A stretch of DNA of 64,000 nt. Source: Planctomycetota bacterium (GTDB lineage Bacteria > Planctomycetota > UBA1135 > UBA2386). The notes under the pieces were generated by a model. The model had not been told where the DNA came from and made no database searches. It was given only the letters and a program-made list of their open reading frames with translations. Where the stretch lies: assembly GCA_965228735.1 (NCBI GenBank), contig OZ245838.1, positions 4,288,001-4,352,000 on the forward strand, given 5' to 3'. How positions within the stretch are numbered: the first letter of the stretch is position 1; each line of letters begins with the position of its first letter. A program made the position numbers and the translations under genes. Positions 1 through 11,100 of this stretch are shown here, one piece after another.

Positions 1-1825
1 AGTTCGCGGTGCACGCGACGCCGAAGTGTTCGACCGCGGGCTGCCCGTCACCCATCGAGTACACGTTGCGGTCGTCGACGAGGTACACGCCCCGAAGCCA
101 TGCATTGCCGACCAGCGACATGGGCCGGACCGTCTTCTGCGGCGGGTCAGGCACGGTACGGGCCTGCCAGTTCTGACCGTCAAACTCCCAGATCCGTCCG
201 GAGAACAACGAGAACGACTCCACCATCAGCGTGATGACGTTGCGCGAACCGTCGTACGCCATCGAACCACGCCCGGCCGTCGGGTAGTTCGCGGTCAGGA
301 CCTGGCTCCAGTTCACGCCATCCCACTCCCAGGTATCGAGCAGCCAGTTCCCAGCCGCCCCGCGACCACCGTGCATCACCACCCGCTGGCGACCGAGGTC
401 GTAGGCCATCGCGCAGTCGACCCGCGCCGGGGGCGAGGTCGCCGGGGCGCGCTGTACCCAGTTGCCGGCGCTGAACGACCAGGTGGTGTTCGACACCGGC
501 GACGTCGTCGTGCCACCGAACATCACGAGCTCGCTGTTGGCCCAGTCGAACGTCATCCCCATGCCGTCCGACACCGGCCCCGGCGCGGTCGACAGCTGCG
601 ACCACACCGCCCCGTCGAAGCGCCAGAGGTCGGTGTGCTGCGTGGTCTGCGACGAGCCGCCGTAGACGTAGGCGTACTGCGGCCCGGTCGCAGTCGCGGC
701 GCCCCCCCGTCGTGGCGGCACCGGTCCAGGCACCGCGTTCCAGCCCTGACCGTCGAAGAACCAGGACTCCGGCGCCGACGGGCCGTAGCCGTCGATGAGC
801 ACGATGCCACCACCTGGCCCCGCGGCAACGGCTGCGTTGTAGAGACTCTCGGGATGCGCCGGCCCGGACACGAGCTGCCACCGCGTGCCGTTCCAGGACC
901 AGGTATCGCGAGAGTACTCCCCGGGGTTCGCACCGGCGCCGCCTGCGAGCAGACACTCCAACCGACCGTCATCGAACGTGAATGACGCGCCGGAACGGGC
1001 CGGCGGCGAGGCCGCAGGGTTGGTCGAAATCCAACTCAGACCGTCGTACTCCCACGTATCGACCAAGCCGGTGAAGCCGAACGAGTCACCGCTGAATATC
1101 ACGACGCGCCCACGCAACCGATCGAACGTCATGGCCGCGAACCGGCGTCCCGGCGGTCGCGTCGCGACGTTGATCGGGATCCAGCCCGATCCGTCCCACT
1201 CCCAGGTGTCGTCGAACAGCGTGAAGAACGCGCTGCCGCCGAACAGCACGACCCGCGCTCGCGCCGCGTCGTAGACCATCGTGGCGCCAACCCGGGCGGA
1301 GGGCGCTGTCGCCGTCGTGCGCTGCGACCACGTCATGCCATCGAACGCCCAGGTGTCGGACAGCAAACCCCACGGCGAGCTCGCGTAGCCGCCGAAGAGC
1401 ACGAGTTCGCCCCGCACTTCGTCGAACGTCGTGGCGAACATGATCCGATTCAACGGCCCCGTCGGAGCGGTCAGCGATCGCCACTCGACGCCGTCGAAGG
1501 CGGCGAGGTCGATCGGACCGACGACGTACTCCGACGGCGAGTGGATCATCAGGGTTCGCCCCGTTCGGCCGTCGAAGACCGCGGTGGTCGTGCTCGTCGG
1601 CGTGAGCGGCAGCCTCGGCAGCGCGCGCTGGCGCCACGATGCGCCGTCGAGCTCGAGGGTCTCGCCGTAGGCGCCGATCGCGACGTGCCGTTGCCGAACC
1701 GGATCGAAGACCGCGGCCTTGATCTCGGGCTGATCGACCGTGCGCACCTGCTGGGCAACCGCGGACGCGGCCATTGCCGGACAGAGCACCAGAAACAGGC
1801 GAACAACGGCTTCGGCCCTCGGCAT
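1..1825 (-). CDS. Secreted Kelch/galactose-oxidase-like beta-propeller repeat protein (3' end runs off the window)
   Basis: Absent from the ORF track because there is no stop in the window. Manual translation from ATG 1825 gives MPRAEAVVRLFLVLCPAMAASAVAQQ... with repeated blades such as MVYDAARARVVLFGG..DTWEWDG and MAYDLGRQRVVMHGG..DTWEWDG; the frame is open to base 2 and ends EHFGVACTAN. Confidence 0.85.
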   Translation of the reverse strand, partial: MPRAEAVVRLFLVLCPAMAASAVAQQVRTVDQPEIKAAVFDPVRQRHVAIGAYGETLELDGASWRQRALPRLPLTPTSTTTAVFDGRTGRTLMIHSPSEYVVGPIDLAAFDGVEWRSLTAPTGPLNRIMFATTFDEVRGELVLFGGYASSPWGLLSDTWAFDGMTWSQRTTATAPSARVGATMVYDAARARVVLFGGSAFFTLFDDTWEWDGSGWIPINVATRPPGRRFAAMTFDRLRGRVVIFSGDSFGFTGLVDTWEYDGLSWISTNPAASPPARSGASFTFDDGRLECLLAGGAGANPGEYSRDTWSWNGTRWQLVSGPAHPESLYNAAVAAGPGGGIVLIDGYGPSAPESWFFDGQGWNAVPGPVPPRRGGAATATGPQYAYVYGGSSQTTQHTDLWRFDGAVWSQLSTAPGPVSDGMGMTFDWANSELVMFGGTTTSPVSNTTWSFSAGNWVQRAPATSPPARVDCAMAYDLGRQRVVMHGGRGAAGNWLLDTWEWDGVNWSQVLTANYPTAGRGSMAYDGSRNVITLMVESFSLFSGRIWEFDGQNWQARTVPDPPQKTVRPMSLVGNAWLRGVYLVDDRNVYSMGDGQPAVEHFGVACTAN

Positions 1826-1865
1826 TCCCCCATGCTACCGGCAACCCGAAGCGGCCGCCGGCGCC

Positions 1866-2017
1866 TCGGTCGCGCTGGAACAGGATCCGGTTCTTCTCGT
1901 CCGCCACGACCCGCTGTCGCGCTCGGCCTTGCTGATGAGGACGTCGCGCAGCATCACCCCGTGCTCCTGCGGTTGGTGCCCGCGGCGAAGCCCGCGATGC
2001 CGGCCCCGCCGCGCGCG
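1866..2017. repeat. Degenerate direct-repeat copy of the last ~154 bp of the 5'-nucleotidase gene (3236-3389)
   Basis: Manual alignment to 3236-3389 shows 7 substitutions and 2 single-T deletions; the stop codon is mutated TGA>CGA on the minus strand. Confidence 0.95.
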
Positions 2018-2087
2018 GATCGTCCATCGATCGAACTCGTCGCCGCGGCCGGCACACCGGACTTCGAATCGGCGATATCATCGCGCC

Positions 2088-3185
2088 ATGCGACCAATCG
2101 CGCTCCTGTTCCCGCTCGCAATGACTACGGCCACGATCGCCCAGACATTCATCGTCGACGCGAATAACGGCCTGGGCACGAGCTTCACGTCGCTGGCGGC
2201 GGCGGCCGCCGCGGTGCCCGATGGAGCCATCCTGCTCGTCCGGCCGGGAAACTACGTTGACTTCGTCGTCGACGGCAAGGGGTTGCGCATCCTCGCGGAC
2301 CCCGGCGCGCTGGTCGTGAGCCACCAGGGCTCGAGCATCCGCAACGTGCCGGCCGGCAAGAGCGTTGTCGTGCGCGGTCTCGAGTGGGCGCAGGCAACCC
2401 CTGGCTCGAGCGCGAAGCTACGCTGTTTCGCGTGCGCGGGTCAGATCCTCATCGAGGGTCTGAGCATGCCGGCAGTCGGATTCGTCGCCTTCATTCGCGC
2501 GACCGCCTGCGAGCAGGTCACGATCCGAGACGTCCGCAACCTCGGCGGCAACACCTATCTCGACCTCACGCAGAGTCACGCCGTCGTCGAGAACTGCGGC
2601 TTCGGCGGCTTCTCGGCGCGATCCGCGATCATCCAGAACGGCGGCAGCCTGCAGGTCACGGACAGCGACCTCGCCACCGCGCTGCCGTCCTCGCCACCGA
2701 ACGGTGGTGTCGAGATGCACGGCGGCGAGCTGCGGCTGCTGGGCGCGACCGCAGTGACTGCGTTCGGCGGCGTCGGCGTCGCGGGCACAGCTGGCACGGC
2801 GCGCGTCGATCCGACGGTGACGCTGCCGGCACCCGCATTCGCCCCTGCCATCCAGGGCTCGATCACGACGATGCCGGCGCTGTCGACGTCGTTCGACGGC
2901 ACGACCGCGATCGCGGAGCTCACCGGGGAGGCCGGCGCGTTCGCCGCGATCGCCATCGGGCTGCCCGGCCCTCGCACGGTGCTGCCCGGCATCGCGGATC
3001 CGCTGTGGCTCGATTCCGGCTCGCTCGCGTTCCTCGCTTTCGGCACGCTCGGGCCGACCCCGCTGACTCGCACCCTGCCGTGGTCGGGCGCCATGGTGCC
3101 GGGCTCGCGCACCGTCTGGCAAGGCGCCAGCCTCGGAGCCTCCGGGCTGCAGCTCAGCAACCCGTCGGTCTTGATTCTGCCCTGA
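2088..3185 (+). CDS. Secreted hypothetical protein, pectin-lyase/beta-helix-like N-terminus plus putative conserved C-terminal domain
   Basis: Signal peptide MRPIALLFPLAMTTATIAQ; FIVD..G..FTSL.AA...VPDGAILLVRPGNY resembles a beta-helix cap. Start moved from 1740 to ATG 2088. Confidence 0.75.
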   Translation: MRPIALLFPLAMTTATIAQTFIVDANNGLGTSFTSLAAAAAAVPDGAILLVRPGNYVDFVVDGKGLRILADPGALVVSHQGSSIRNVPAGKSVVVRGLEWAQATPGSSAKLRCFACAGQILIEGLSMPAVGFVAFIRATACEQVTIRDVRNLGGNTYLDLTQSHAVVENCGFGGFSARSAIIQNGGSLQVTDSDLATALPSSPPNGGVEMHGGELRLLGATAVTAFGGVGVAGTAGTARVDPTVTLPAPAFAPAIQGSITTMPALSTSFDGTTAIAELTGEAGAFAAIAIGLPGPRTVLPGIADPLWLDSGSLAFLAFGTLGPTPLTRTLPWSGAMVPGSRTVWQGASLGASGLQLSNPSVLILP

Positions 3186-3235
3186 GCGCGGCTCGCCCCT
3201 GGATTCGCCGGATCACGGCGCGCGTGCGCGGGCAG

Positions 3236-4873
3236 TCAGTCGCGCTCGAACAGGATCCGGTTCTTCTCGTCGGCCACGACCCGCTTGTCGCGCTCGGCCT
3301 TGCTGATGAGGACGTCGCGCAGCATCACCCCGTGCTCCTTGCGGTTGGTGCCGGCCGCGAAGCCCTCGATGCCGTCCCCGCCGCGCGCGAGGAACGAGCT
3401 CGTCACGACGCGATACGTCTTCTTCTCGTCGAGCGGCCGCCCCGCGATCTCGACCTTCACGAGCTCACGATCACGACCCTTGGCCCGATACGTGTAGGTC
3501 GCGCCACCGATCTCGAGCAGCCGGCGGCGGCCCTGCAGCGAGCCTTCGATGAGGTCCCACAACTGCGCGCCCGTCAGGTCCATCGAGACCAGCTCGTTCT
3601 CGAACGGCAGCAGCTCGTAGATCATCCGCGGCGTCAGCGGACCGGCCTGCAATCGCGTGCGGATGCCGCCCTTGTTGGTGAACGCGACGTCACCGCCGGT
3701 CGCCTCGAGGAACGCATCGCAGATCAGGTTGCCGGCGGCCGTCGAGCGCGCGCCGCGGCTGTCGTTGAGCGGCGTGACGAGTTCGCCGATCACGCGATCC
3801 CACTTCGCGGTGATCGCCTTGGTCTCTGTCGCGATCCACTTCTCGGTCGCCGGGTCCGGCGGGTACTCGTCGAGTTCGAGCGCCACGAGCTCGCCCTTCT
3901 CGATGACGAGCTCCTTCGCCTCGGCGTCCACCCGCGCCTCGAGCCGGTAGACCTCGCTCGCCTTGCCGTGGGTCTGGACGATCCACGTGTCACCCTCGCG
4001 CAGCGGTTCGCGCAGGCCGGTGTGGGAGTGGCCGCCCAGGATCAGCGGAATCTCGGGGAACCGCTTCGCGAGTCTTCGATCCACGGACACCCCGGAGTGC
4101 GTCAGCAGGACGACGACGTCGCTCGCCTTCTTCGCCGCCGGCAGCACTCGCGCGATCGCCGCGGCCTCGTTCTCGAACTCGGCGTCGCCCCACGGCCCCG
4201 TCGACACCCCCTTGGTCTGTTCGGTGATGAGCCCGAGGATCGCGATCTTCAGGCCGTGCACGGTCACGACGTGGAACGGCGTGACGTAGTCCATGTAGGT
4301 CGCGGGCTCCTTGCCTGCCACGAGGATGTTGGCGCCGAGCACGGGGAAGTCCGCGGCCGCGACGAGCGCTTCGACGTTCTCGGGTCCGTAGTCGTACTCG
4401 TGGTTGCCGAGCACGGCAGCCGTGACACCGAGACGCTCGAAGAACTCGACCGACAGCCTGCCGCGCGTCTCGTTGCCCTCGATCGTGCCCTGATACCAGT
4501 CGCCGCCGTCGGTCGCGATCACGGGCGCACCGCGCTTCTTCGCCGCCGCGCGTTCGCGCTTGACGAACGTCGCCATCGACGCCGCGCCGCCGACGTGCGG
4601 CAGCTCGCGCTGATCCCCGCCGGCCCGTGCCTTCCAGAACGCGAGCTGGGGCCGGAACTGCCCGTGGAAGTCGTTCCAGTGCAGGAACACCACGGGACCG
4701 TCGCGGAGCTTCGACTGACAGGCGGCCGGCCGCCCGAGCAGCGCAACGAACGCGAGCACGAGGAACGCAGCGGTCCAGCTGCGGCGCGCGCAGCGGGCGG
4801 GTGAGATCGGGCGATCGGACGTCGGCACGGCGCCCTGGGTACCCGATCGGGACCACGGCCGCCAGTCGCCCAC
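3236..4873 (-). CDS. Bifunctional metallophosphatase/5'-nucleotidase (UshA-like), secreted
   Basis: Motifs NDFHG, DGGD, GNHEYD, LTHSG, GGHSH and C-terminal NKGGIR/LLPFEN. Exact start uncertain. Confidence 0.92.
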   Translation of the reverse strand: MGDWRPWSRSGTQGAVPTSDRPISPARCARRSWTAAFLVLAFVALLGRPAACQSKLRDGPVVFLHWNDFHGQFRPQLAFWKARAGGDQRELPHVGGAASMATFVKRERAAAKKRGAPVIATDGGDWYQGTIEGNETRGRLSVEFFERLGVTAAVLGNHEYDYGPENVEALVAAADFPVLGANILVAGKEPATYMDYVTPFHVVTVHGLKIAILGLITEQTKGVSTGPWGDAEFENEAAAIARVLPAAKKASDVVVLLTHSGVSVDRRLAKRFPEIPLILGGHSHTGLREPLREGDTWIVQTHGKASEVYRLEARVDAEAKELVIEKGELVALELDEYPPDPATEKWIATETKAITAKWDRVIGELVTPLNDSRGARSTAAGNLICDAFLEATGGDVAFTNKGGIRTRLQAGPLTPRMIYELLPFENELVSMDLTGAQLWDLIEGSLQGRRRLLEIGGATYTYRAKGRDRELVKVEIAGRPLDEKKTYRVVTSSFLARGGDGIEGFAAGTNRKEHGVMLRDVLISKAERDKRVVADEKNRILFERD

Positions 4874-4951
4874 CCCGGCAGCGCCCGCGATTGGCGTTCA
4901 GCCCGACCCAGCCCCTTCCCCCGCCGCCCGGGCGGCCTATCCTGACGCCCG

Positions 4952-6085
4952 ATGGCGGTTCCTCTGATCGATCTCACCCGTGACAAGCAGCTGCTCGCCG
5001 GCGTCGAAGCCGCGGTCGTCGACGTCGTGCGCAGCGGGCAGTACGTGCTCGGCACCACGGTCGAACACTTCGAGCAGGAGCTCGCCGAATACCTCGGCTG
5101 TCGCCACGTCGTCGCGATGTCGTCCGGCACGGACGCGCTGCTGGCGCCGCTCATGGCGCTCGACATCGCGCCCGGCGACGAGGTCGTGCTGCCGACCTAT
5201 TCGTTCTTCGCGACCGCCGGGGTCGTGGCGCGGCTCGGCGCCAGGCCGGTGTTCATCGACATCGAGCCGACCCACTGGAATCTCGACCCGGAGCGCCTCG
5301 ACGAAGCGCTGCAGCAGTGCACGCGGCCGAAAGCCGTCATCGGCGTTCACCTGTTCGGCACCGCGTTCGACGTCGACGCCGTGCTCGACGTCTGCCGCCG
5401 GCACTCGGTGCCGCTCATCGAGGACGCGGCGCAGGCCATCGGCACGAAGCATCAGGGCAAGATGCTGGGCAGCCGCGGGCTGTGCGGCGCCTGGTCGACG
5501 TTCCCGACGAAGAACCTCGGCGGCATCGGCGACGGCGGGTTCTTCACGAGCGACGACGACGAGTTCGCCGCCAAGGTGCGTCTGCTGCGCAACCACGGCA
5601 TGGCCGAGCACTACGAACACCACGTCATCGGCGGCAACTTCCGCATGGACGCGATCCAGGCCGCTGCGCTGCGGGTGAAGCTGCGCGCGATCGAGGACAT
5701 CACGGAGACGCGGCGGCTGAACGCCGAGCGCTACCGGCGCCTCTTCGCCGAGGCCGACCTCGGCGACTGGGCCGAGCTGCCGACCGACACCGACCGGCAT
5801 GCCTACCACCAGTTCGTCGTGCGCATCCCGCCGGAGCACCGCGACGGCGCGATCCAGCACCTGCGGCAGCAGGGCATCGGGTGCGGGGTCTACTACCCGA
5901 TCCCGTTCCACCGGCAGCCGTGCTTCGCCTACCTCGGCGCGGATCCCGCCGACTTCCCGGTCGCGGAACAGGCGAGCAAGACCGCGCTCGCCCTGCCGAT
6001 CTTCCAGGGGCTGACGGAAGCCGAGCAGATCGACGTCGTCGGCGCGCTCAAGCGCTACCCGCGACCGGTCGGCGCGGGTCAGTAG
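4952..6085 (+). CDS. DegT/DnrJ/EryC1/StrS family PLP-dependent aminotransferase
   Basis: SSGTDAL, VHLFG, IEDAAQAIG, STFPTKNLGGIGDGG (PLP lysine), NFRMDAIQAA. Confidence 0.95.
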   Translation: MAVPLIDLTRDKQLLAGVEAAVVDVVRSGQYVLGTTVEHFEQELAEYLGCRHVVAMSSGTDALLAPLMALDIAPGDEVVLPTYSFFATAGVVARLGARPVFIDIEPTHWNLDPERLDEALQQCTRPKAVIGVHLFGTAFDVDAVLDVCRRHSVPLIEDAAQAIGTKHQGKMLGSRGLCGAWSTFPTKNLGGIGDGGFFTSDDDEFAAKVRLLRNHGMAEHYEHHVIGGNFRMDAIQAAALRVKLRAIEDITETRRLNAERYRRLFAEADLGDWAELPTDTDRHAYHQFVVRIPPEHRDGAIQHLRQQGIGCGVYYPIPFHRQPCFAYLGADPADFPVAEQASKTALALPIFQGLTEAEQIDVVGALKRYPRPVGAGQ

Positions 6086-6127
6086 GCGAGCAGCCAGACC
6101 GCGCCGGTCTGCGGCCGCCCGGCGGGG

Positions 6128-7228
6128 CTACTGGGTCCCGAGCCGCACCGCGACACCGAACGCCTCGACGTCGGTCGCGATCGTCGCGTCGGCGTCGGCG
6201 CCGTTGCTGACCATCCACGTGCCGCGGCCCGCGGCCGTGAGCGAGCCGAGCGTGACCGTCTGGGCGTTGCTGAAGGCCGCACCCAGGGCGTTGGCGTTCG
6301 GGGCGAACACCGCGAGCTGCTGGTGCAGCACGATGCCCGAGAACGCCGGCACGGCGGCCGGCACGAACGGGAAGTCCGCGAGCTCGCCGCTCGCGTCCGC
6401 GACGGTGAACACGGTCGCGTCCTGGCTCACGAGCACGTCGCAGTTCGTGCCGTTGAGCGTCAGCGGCAGCGCACCGAGCAGGCTCTGCGTGTTGCTGAGA
6501 CCGAAGATGACGAGCGCGGGCGCGTTCGCACCGAGGTTCTGACCGCCGAGGAACTGCGCCGAGCCCGGCGCGACGATGCCGCCGCTCGAGATCGCCACGG
6601 GCGGCGTGGAGCCGTCGATGCTGCAGCCCTGACCGAACGGCGTGACCGTGCCATCGACGGGACCACCCGTCGTCGCGACGCCGTCGAGGATCGTGTGCGC
6701 GAAGCCGAACTGCGAGAAGTTGTTGCCTTCCATCTGCAGGTCGATGACGAGCCAGCCGCCGGCCGGGATCGTGACCGCGACCGGCACCGCAAAGGCGAAG
6801 GTCAGGCTGCCGTTGGGATCGCCCCAGCCGTGCGGCGCGGCGACACCCGGATCCGGGCGGTAGTTCACGCTCGAGTCGAACGCCGTCGTGAGCGGGCTCG
6901 TGAGGTTGTCGGCAAACCGCGCGCCGGGGATCCCGACCGTCGTCGTGCCGACGCGGATCTGCATTCGCTGGATGTTGAACGGGCCGGGCGCGCCGACCTG
7001 CGGCAGCGGACCGTCCCAGCGGAACGACAGCTCGTTGGCCGTGAACGACGACGACCCGACCTCGGTCGCATCGAAGAACAGCTGCACGCGCGCATCGGTC
7101 TGCGCGAACGGCGGCAGCGCGAAGTTGGGGAGTTCCTGCGCCGGGTTCGCGGTCGCGGGGAGTTCGAGGAAACCCTGCGCCAGCAGCGGCGAGCTGCTGA
7201 GCAGGACGGCGACAGTCAAGTTCTTCAT
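6128..7228 (-). CDS. Secreted hypothetical protein with putative conserved C-terminal domain
   Basis: Signal peptide MKNLTVAVLLSSSPLLAQ; FGQGC...C.V.V..D...ADASG...G.VL.QQ...ANALG..FSN. Confidence 0.75.
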   Translation of the reverse strand: MKNLTVAVLLSSSPLLAQGFLELPATANPAQELPNFALPPFAQTDARVQLFFDATEVGSSSFTANELSFRWDGPLPQVGAPGPFNIQRMQIRVGTTTVGIPGARFADNLTSPLTTAFDSSVNYRPDPGVAAPHGWGDPNGSLTFAFAVPVAVTIPAGGWLVIDLQMEGNNFSQFGFAHTILDGVATTGGPVDGTVTPFGQGCSIDGSTPPVAISSGGIVAPGSAQFLGGQNLGANAPALVIFGLSNTQSLLGALPLTLNGTNCDVLVSQDATVFTVADASGELADFPFVPAAVPAFSGIVLHQQLAVFAPNANALGAAFSNAQTVTLGSLTAAGRGTWMVSNGADADATIATDVEAFGVAVRLGTQ

Positions 7229-7313
7229 GGCGTCGTTGGAATACGAAATCGTTCGGGGCACCTGTGCGATTGGAACGCTAGATCGACGTCGACGGCGCTG
7301 TGTCACCGCCCGG

Positions 7314-8060
7314 TCATTCCGCGACCGAAACCGACAGGCCATCGCTCGCCGCGCGTTCGGGCCGCGACGCGTCACACTTCACGGGCCTTCGTGAACACAG
7401 CGCGTGACCCGACCAGATCAGCACGAGCCCGACGAACTCTCCGACGTAGAGCGCTTCGACGATCCCGGCCTTCGCCATCCCGCCGCCGACCCCGGGCAGG
7501 ATGCCGCCGATCGCGATCGCCGCGGTGCCGAGCGCCCGCCGCCCATCGGCAACCTGGCCCGGTAGTGGCCGCACGAACCGGAACGTCGACCACAGCGCGC
7601 CGCCGACCAGGAACAACGCCGCGTAGCCGTTGATGAACGGCGTACCGAGCCGCAGCTGACTCCAGCCGATCGCGTCACCCGTCGGCCGATGCGGTTCGAG
7701 CGCCGCGTGATCGATCGGCGACAGCACCACGGCGACCGCGAGCCCGATGACCACCGTGCCCGAGATCCAGGTGAGCCGATTCGCCACGGAACGGCTGCAG
7801 AGCAGGTACACGCTGCCCGTGCCGAGCGGATAGCCCCCGAGCAACGCCCCGGCGACGTACCACCATCGCGTGAGCTCCGCGCTGTTGCCGAACAGGGTGA
7901 TCGCCGACTCGAGCGCCGTGCCGGCGCCATACGTCACGATGCCGATCGCCCACCACAGCAGGTGCGGGGGCAGGCCCACGATCGAACGCCGGCGCAGCAA
8001 CGCGATCAGGAACGCGACCGACAGCAGCGTCGTCGCGATCGGCAGGTAGTGAACGAGCAT
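7314..8060 (-). CDS. Multi-pass membrane protein of unknown function
   Basis: About 7 hydrophobic segments; start at ATG 8060 or 8093. Confidence 0.7.
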   Translation of the reverse strand: MLVHYLPIATTLLSVAFLIALLRRRSIVGLPPHLLWWAIGIVTYGAGTALESAITLFGNSAELTRWWYVAGALLGGYPLGTGSVYLLCSRSVANRLTWISGTVVIGLAVAVVLSPIDHAALEPHRPTGDAIGWSQLRLGTPFINGYAALFLVGGALWSTFRFVRPLPGQVADGRRALGTAAIAIGGILPGVGGGMAKAGIVEALYVGEFVGLVLIWSGHALCSRRPVKCDASRPERAASDGLSVSVAE

Positions 8061-8156
8061 CGGCCCGGTCGCGGAGTCCTCTTGTGCCAGCATCGTGACA
8101 CCATCCCCCGCTCCGGCCTCGCGTGTGTCACGAGCCCGTCACTCCCACGCAGGCCA

Positions 8157-11100
8157 CTACTGCGCGAGAGTGCCGTGAAACGCCTGGGTCCAGTTGCCCG
8201 TGCCGACGTTGCTGAGCTGCACGGTGAGGACCTGGAGACCGAGCGGCAACCCGAGGAACGTCTGGTCGTTGGGGAAGTCGACGTGGAACGGCGTGCCGTT
8301 GAACGCCCACGTCACGCTGAAGAACGGAAACCCCGGCTGCTGGATGTTGGCGTTGCCATACGGCGGCAGGAACTGCCCGACACCGAGGAACGGGCCGCCG
8401 AAGAACAGGATGCCGGCCCCCGGCGGGTTGCCCTGGAACGGCTGCCCGTCGACCACGATCGCGACCGACGACCCGAGCCGCGGCACCCCGGCGATCGTGG
8501 CGTCGTAGACCGCATACTCGTAGGCCCCGATGTCCGGCAACGCGAACCCGAACAGATTGTGGTCGAGCACGCGGCTGCGGCCGTCGTGATCTTCATAGGT
8601 GAACGCATCGTTGGGTGCGCCCGCATTGCCGACGCAGGGCGAGAACAGCGACAGACTCAGGTCCCCGTTGTTCGGGTCCGTGAACAGCGGGTCGGCGACG
8701 AAGTTGTTCTGCGTGCCGGCGTGCGCGGGCGACCCGTTCGACGAGAAGATCCGCGCCGGCAGCCCGAGGCCATCCACGAAGCCCACGAAGTTGTCGTTCG
8801 GGTTCACCCCGTTGAACCAGGAGATCGAGGCCGATGCCGCGCCGCTGTGCGTGCCCTCGGAAACGACCCCGCGACCCTGGTTCGCCGCGACCGTCGCGTG
8901 GATCAGGCTCACCGCCGTCGCCGAGAGCACGATCCCGTCCCCGCTGTTGCCGAAGGCCACGAGGTTGCGGCAGCCGCCGCCGTTCTGCGCGATGTTGATG
9001 CCATCCGATGCGGACAGCTCGACGCGCACGGCGTCGATCGACACGTTGGCCGTATCGAGCGTGACCGTCGCGGCACCGATGCCGCCAAAACGCGCGAGCA
9101 CGTGGTTCATCTGCGCCGGCGCGGTCGAGAAGCCGTACTCGACCCGACCCCAGCTGCCGGGGCCCGGCGCCGACGCGTTGCCATCACCGTTCGTATCGCC
9201 GCCATGGTCGTCATCGAGGAACGACGTGAGCACGATCGGCGCGTAGCCGCGACCGTCGAAGAACAGGCTCGTGCCCGGCCCACCCGCGGTGAACCCGGAA
9301 CTCGACGCGCTCGCGGCGGTGAACTTCACGATCAGACCCGCACCGAGCTGCAGGCTCGTGTTGGAGTTCATGACCGTGCGCACGTCGGCGACGATCACCC
9401 CGTCGCCGTTCAACGTGTTCCACACGTCCACGCGAGTGCTCGTTCCCGATGCGCCGGTGGCGCCGTTGACGAGCCGGGTGTAATCACCGAGCACGTTGCC
9501 GGTCGCCGTGCAATCGGAGAAGCGCGTCATCTGCGTCCACGCGAAGCCGTCGACCGCGCGACCGAGGTTGCCGTCGAACCGGCACCGTCGAACGATCGGC
9601 CGACTGCTCGTCAGGCGCAGACCCAGGGTCGCCGAGCGCTCGATGGCCGTGTCCACGAGCAGGATGTCCGCGCCGTTGAGGAGTTCGACCGCGCCTGCGA
9701 GGTTGTTGCCGCCGAACCGGACGCTCGTGAAACGCAGCTCGCTGGCGTCCGCGGTGCCGCCGAACGACAGTCCGGGCCAGTCACCGGGCGTGCCGACCGT
9801 CGGTCCGTCGCGACCCGTATCGCCGCCGATCGCATCGTCGGCGAGCGAGGTGAACACGACCGGCGCGTTGGCCGTGCCGTTGCAGACCAGCGCGCCGGTG
9901 ACGCTCACGCGCCTCGTTGCCGTCGCCCACTTGAAGATCACGCCAGGGCCGACCGTGAACGTTCGGCCGACGTTGATCTGCAGCACCGGATCCATCACGA
10001 GCGTGTCCTCGATCAGGTTGTTCGTCGTGACCGTCAGGTTCGCGCTGACGATGCCGTTCGTGACGCGGATCGCGTCGCCGAGCAGGTTGCCGGTCCCCGT
10101 GTTGGCGACGAAGTTCGGCAGGCCCAGCATCGACACGCGATCGATCGAGCGGCCGAGATTGTCGTCGAACCGACAGTTCTGGACGGTCGGCATGGTGCCT
10201 TGCACATCCAGTCCATCGCTCGCCGACCGCTCCACGTGGACCGCGGCCAAGGTGATGTTCGATTGCAGCAGCGAGATCGCCCCCGGCGTGCCGTTGCCGG
10301 CGAATCGAACCCGCGTCGAGCGCAGCACGCTGGCGTCGGAACTGGCACCGAACGTGAGCCCGTCCCAGTCGCCCGGCGCACCGACCGACGGACCGTCCTT
10401 GCCGGTGTCCCCTCCGATCGCGTCGTCCGCCAGGGACGTGAAGACCACGGGGGCCTGACTCGTGCCGTCGCACAACAGCGTGCCGTTGACGATGAACCGA
10501 TCGTCCGTCTCGTACTTCACGACCACCCCCGCGGCGATCGTCAACTGCCGGCCCGTCGGCACGGTCACGTTGTTGGCGATGACGATCGTCGAGTCGACGA
10601 GGTTCGTCGGCCCGATGAACTGGGTCCCGAGAATCGTGCCCGACGTGACCCGAATCACGTCAAGGGCGTTCCCGCTCGCGACATTGTTGCCGAGCATCGG
10701 CAGCCCCTGCAGAGTCGCGCGCTCGAACGCGCGCCCGGCGCAGTTCTGAACCCGGCAACCGATGATCGTCGGCATCGCCCCCAGGAGGTTGATGCCCGCG
10801 CTCGCCGAATCGGTCACGACAACGCCGTCGAGCAGCACGTTCGACTGCAGGGTCTGCACGGCTCCGTCGCCGTTGCTACCACTGAACCGCACCTCGAGCC
10901 CGCGCACCTGACTGGTGTTCGACGAGATGAACTGCAGCCGCCCCCAGTCGCCCGGCGCCGGCGCGAGCGGGTCGATCGCGAGCCCGACGGTGCCATCTCT
11001 GGTCGACGTGAAGAACACGGGCATCGTCGCCGAGCCGTTGACGTCGAGCGTACCGGCGATCTGGAAGCTCGTGCCGGCGGCGAACTTGACGACCACCCCG

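Noticed and set aside
1740..2087. N-terminal extension of the 1740-3185 ORF
   Set aside because: It overlaps the opposite-strand propeller gene start and the decayed repeat; a clean signal peptide begins at ATG 2088.
1866..3389. Repeat pair as a diversity-generating retroelement TR/VR
   Set aside because: Differences include C/G swaps and deletions rather than adenine-only substitutions, and there is no reverse transcriptase in the window.
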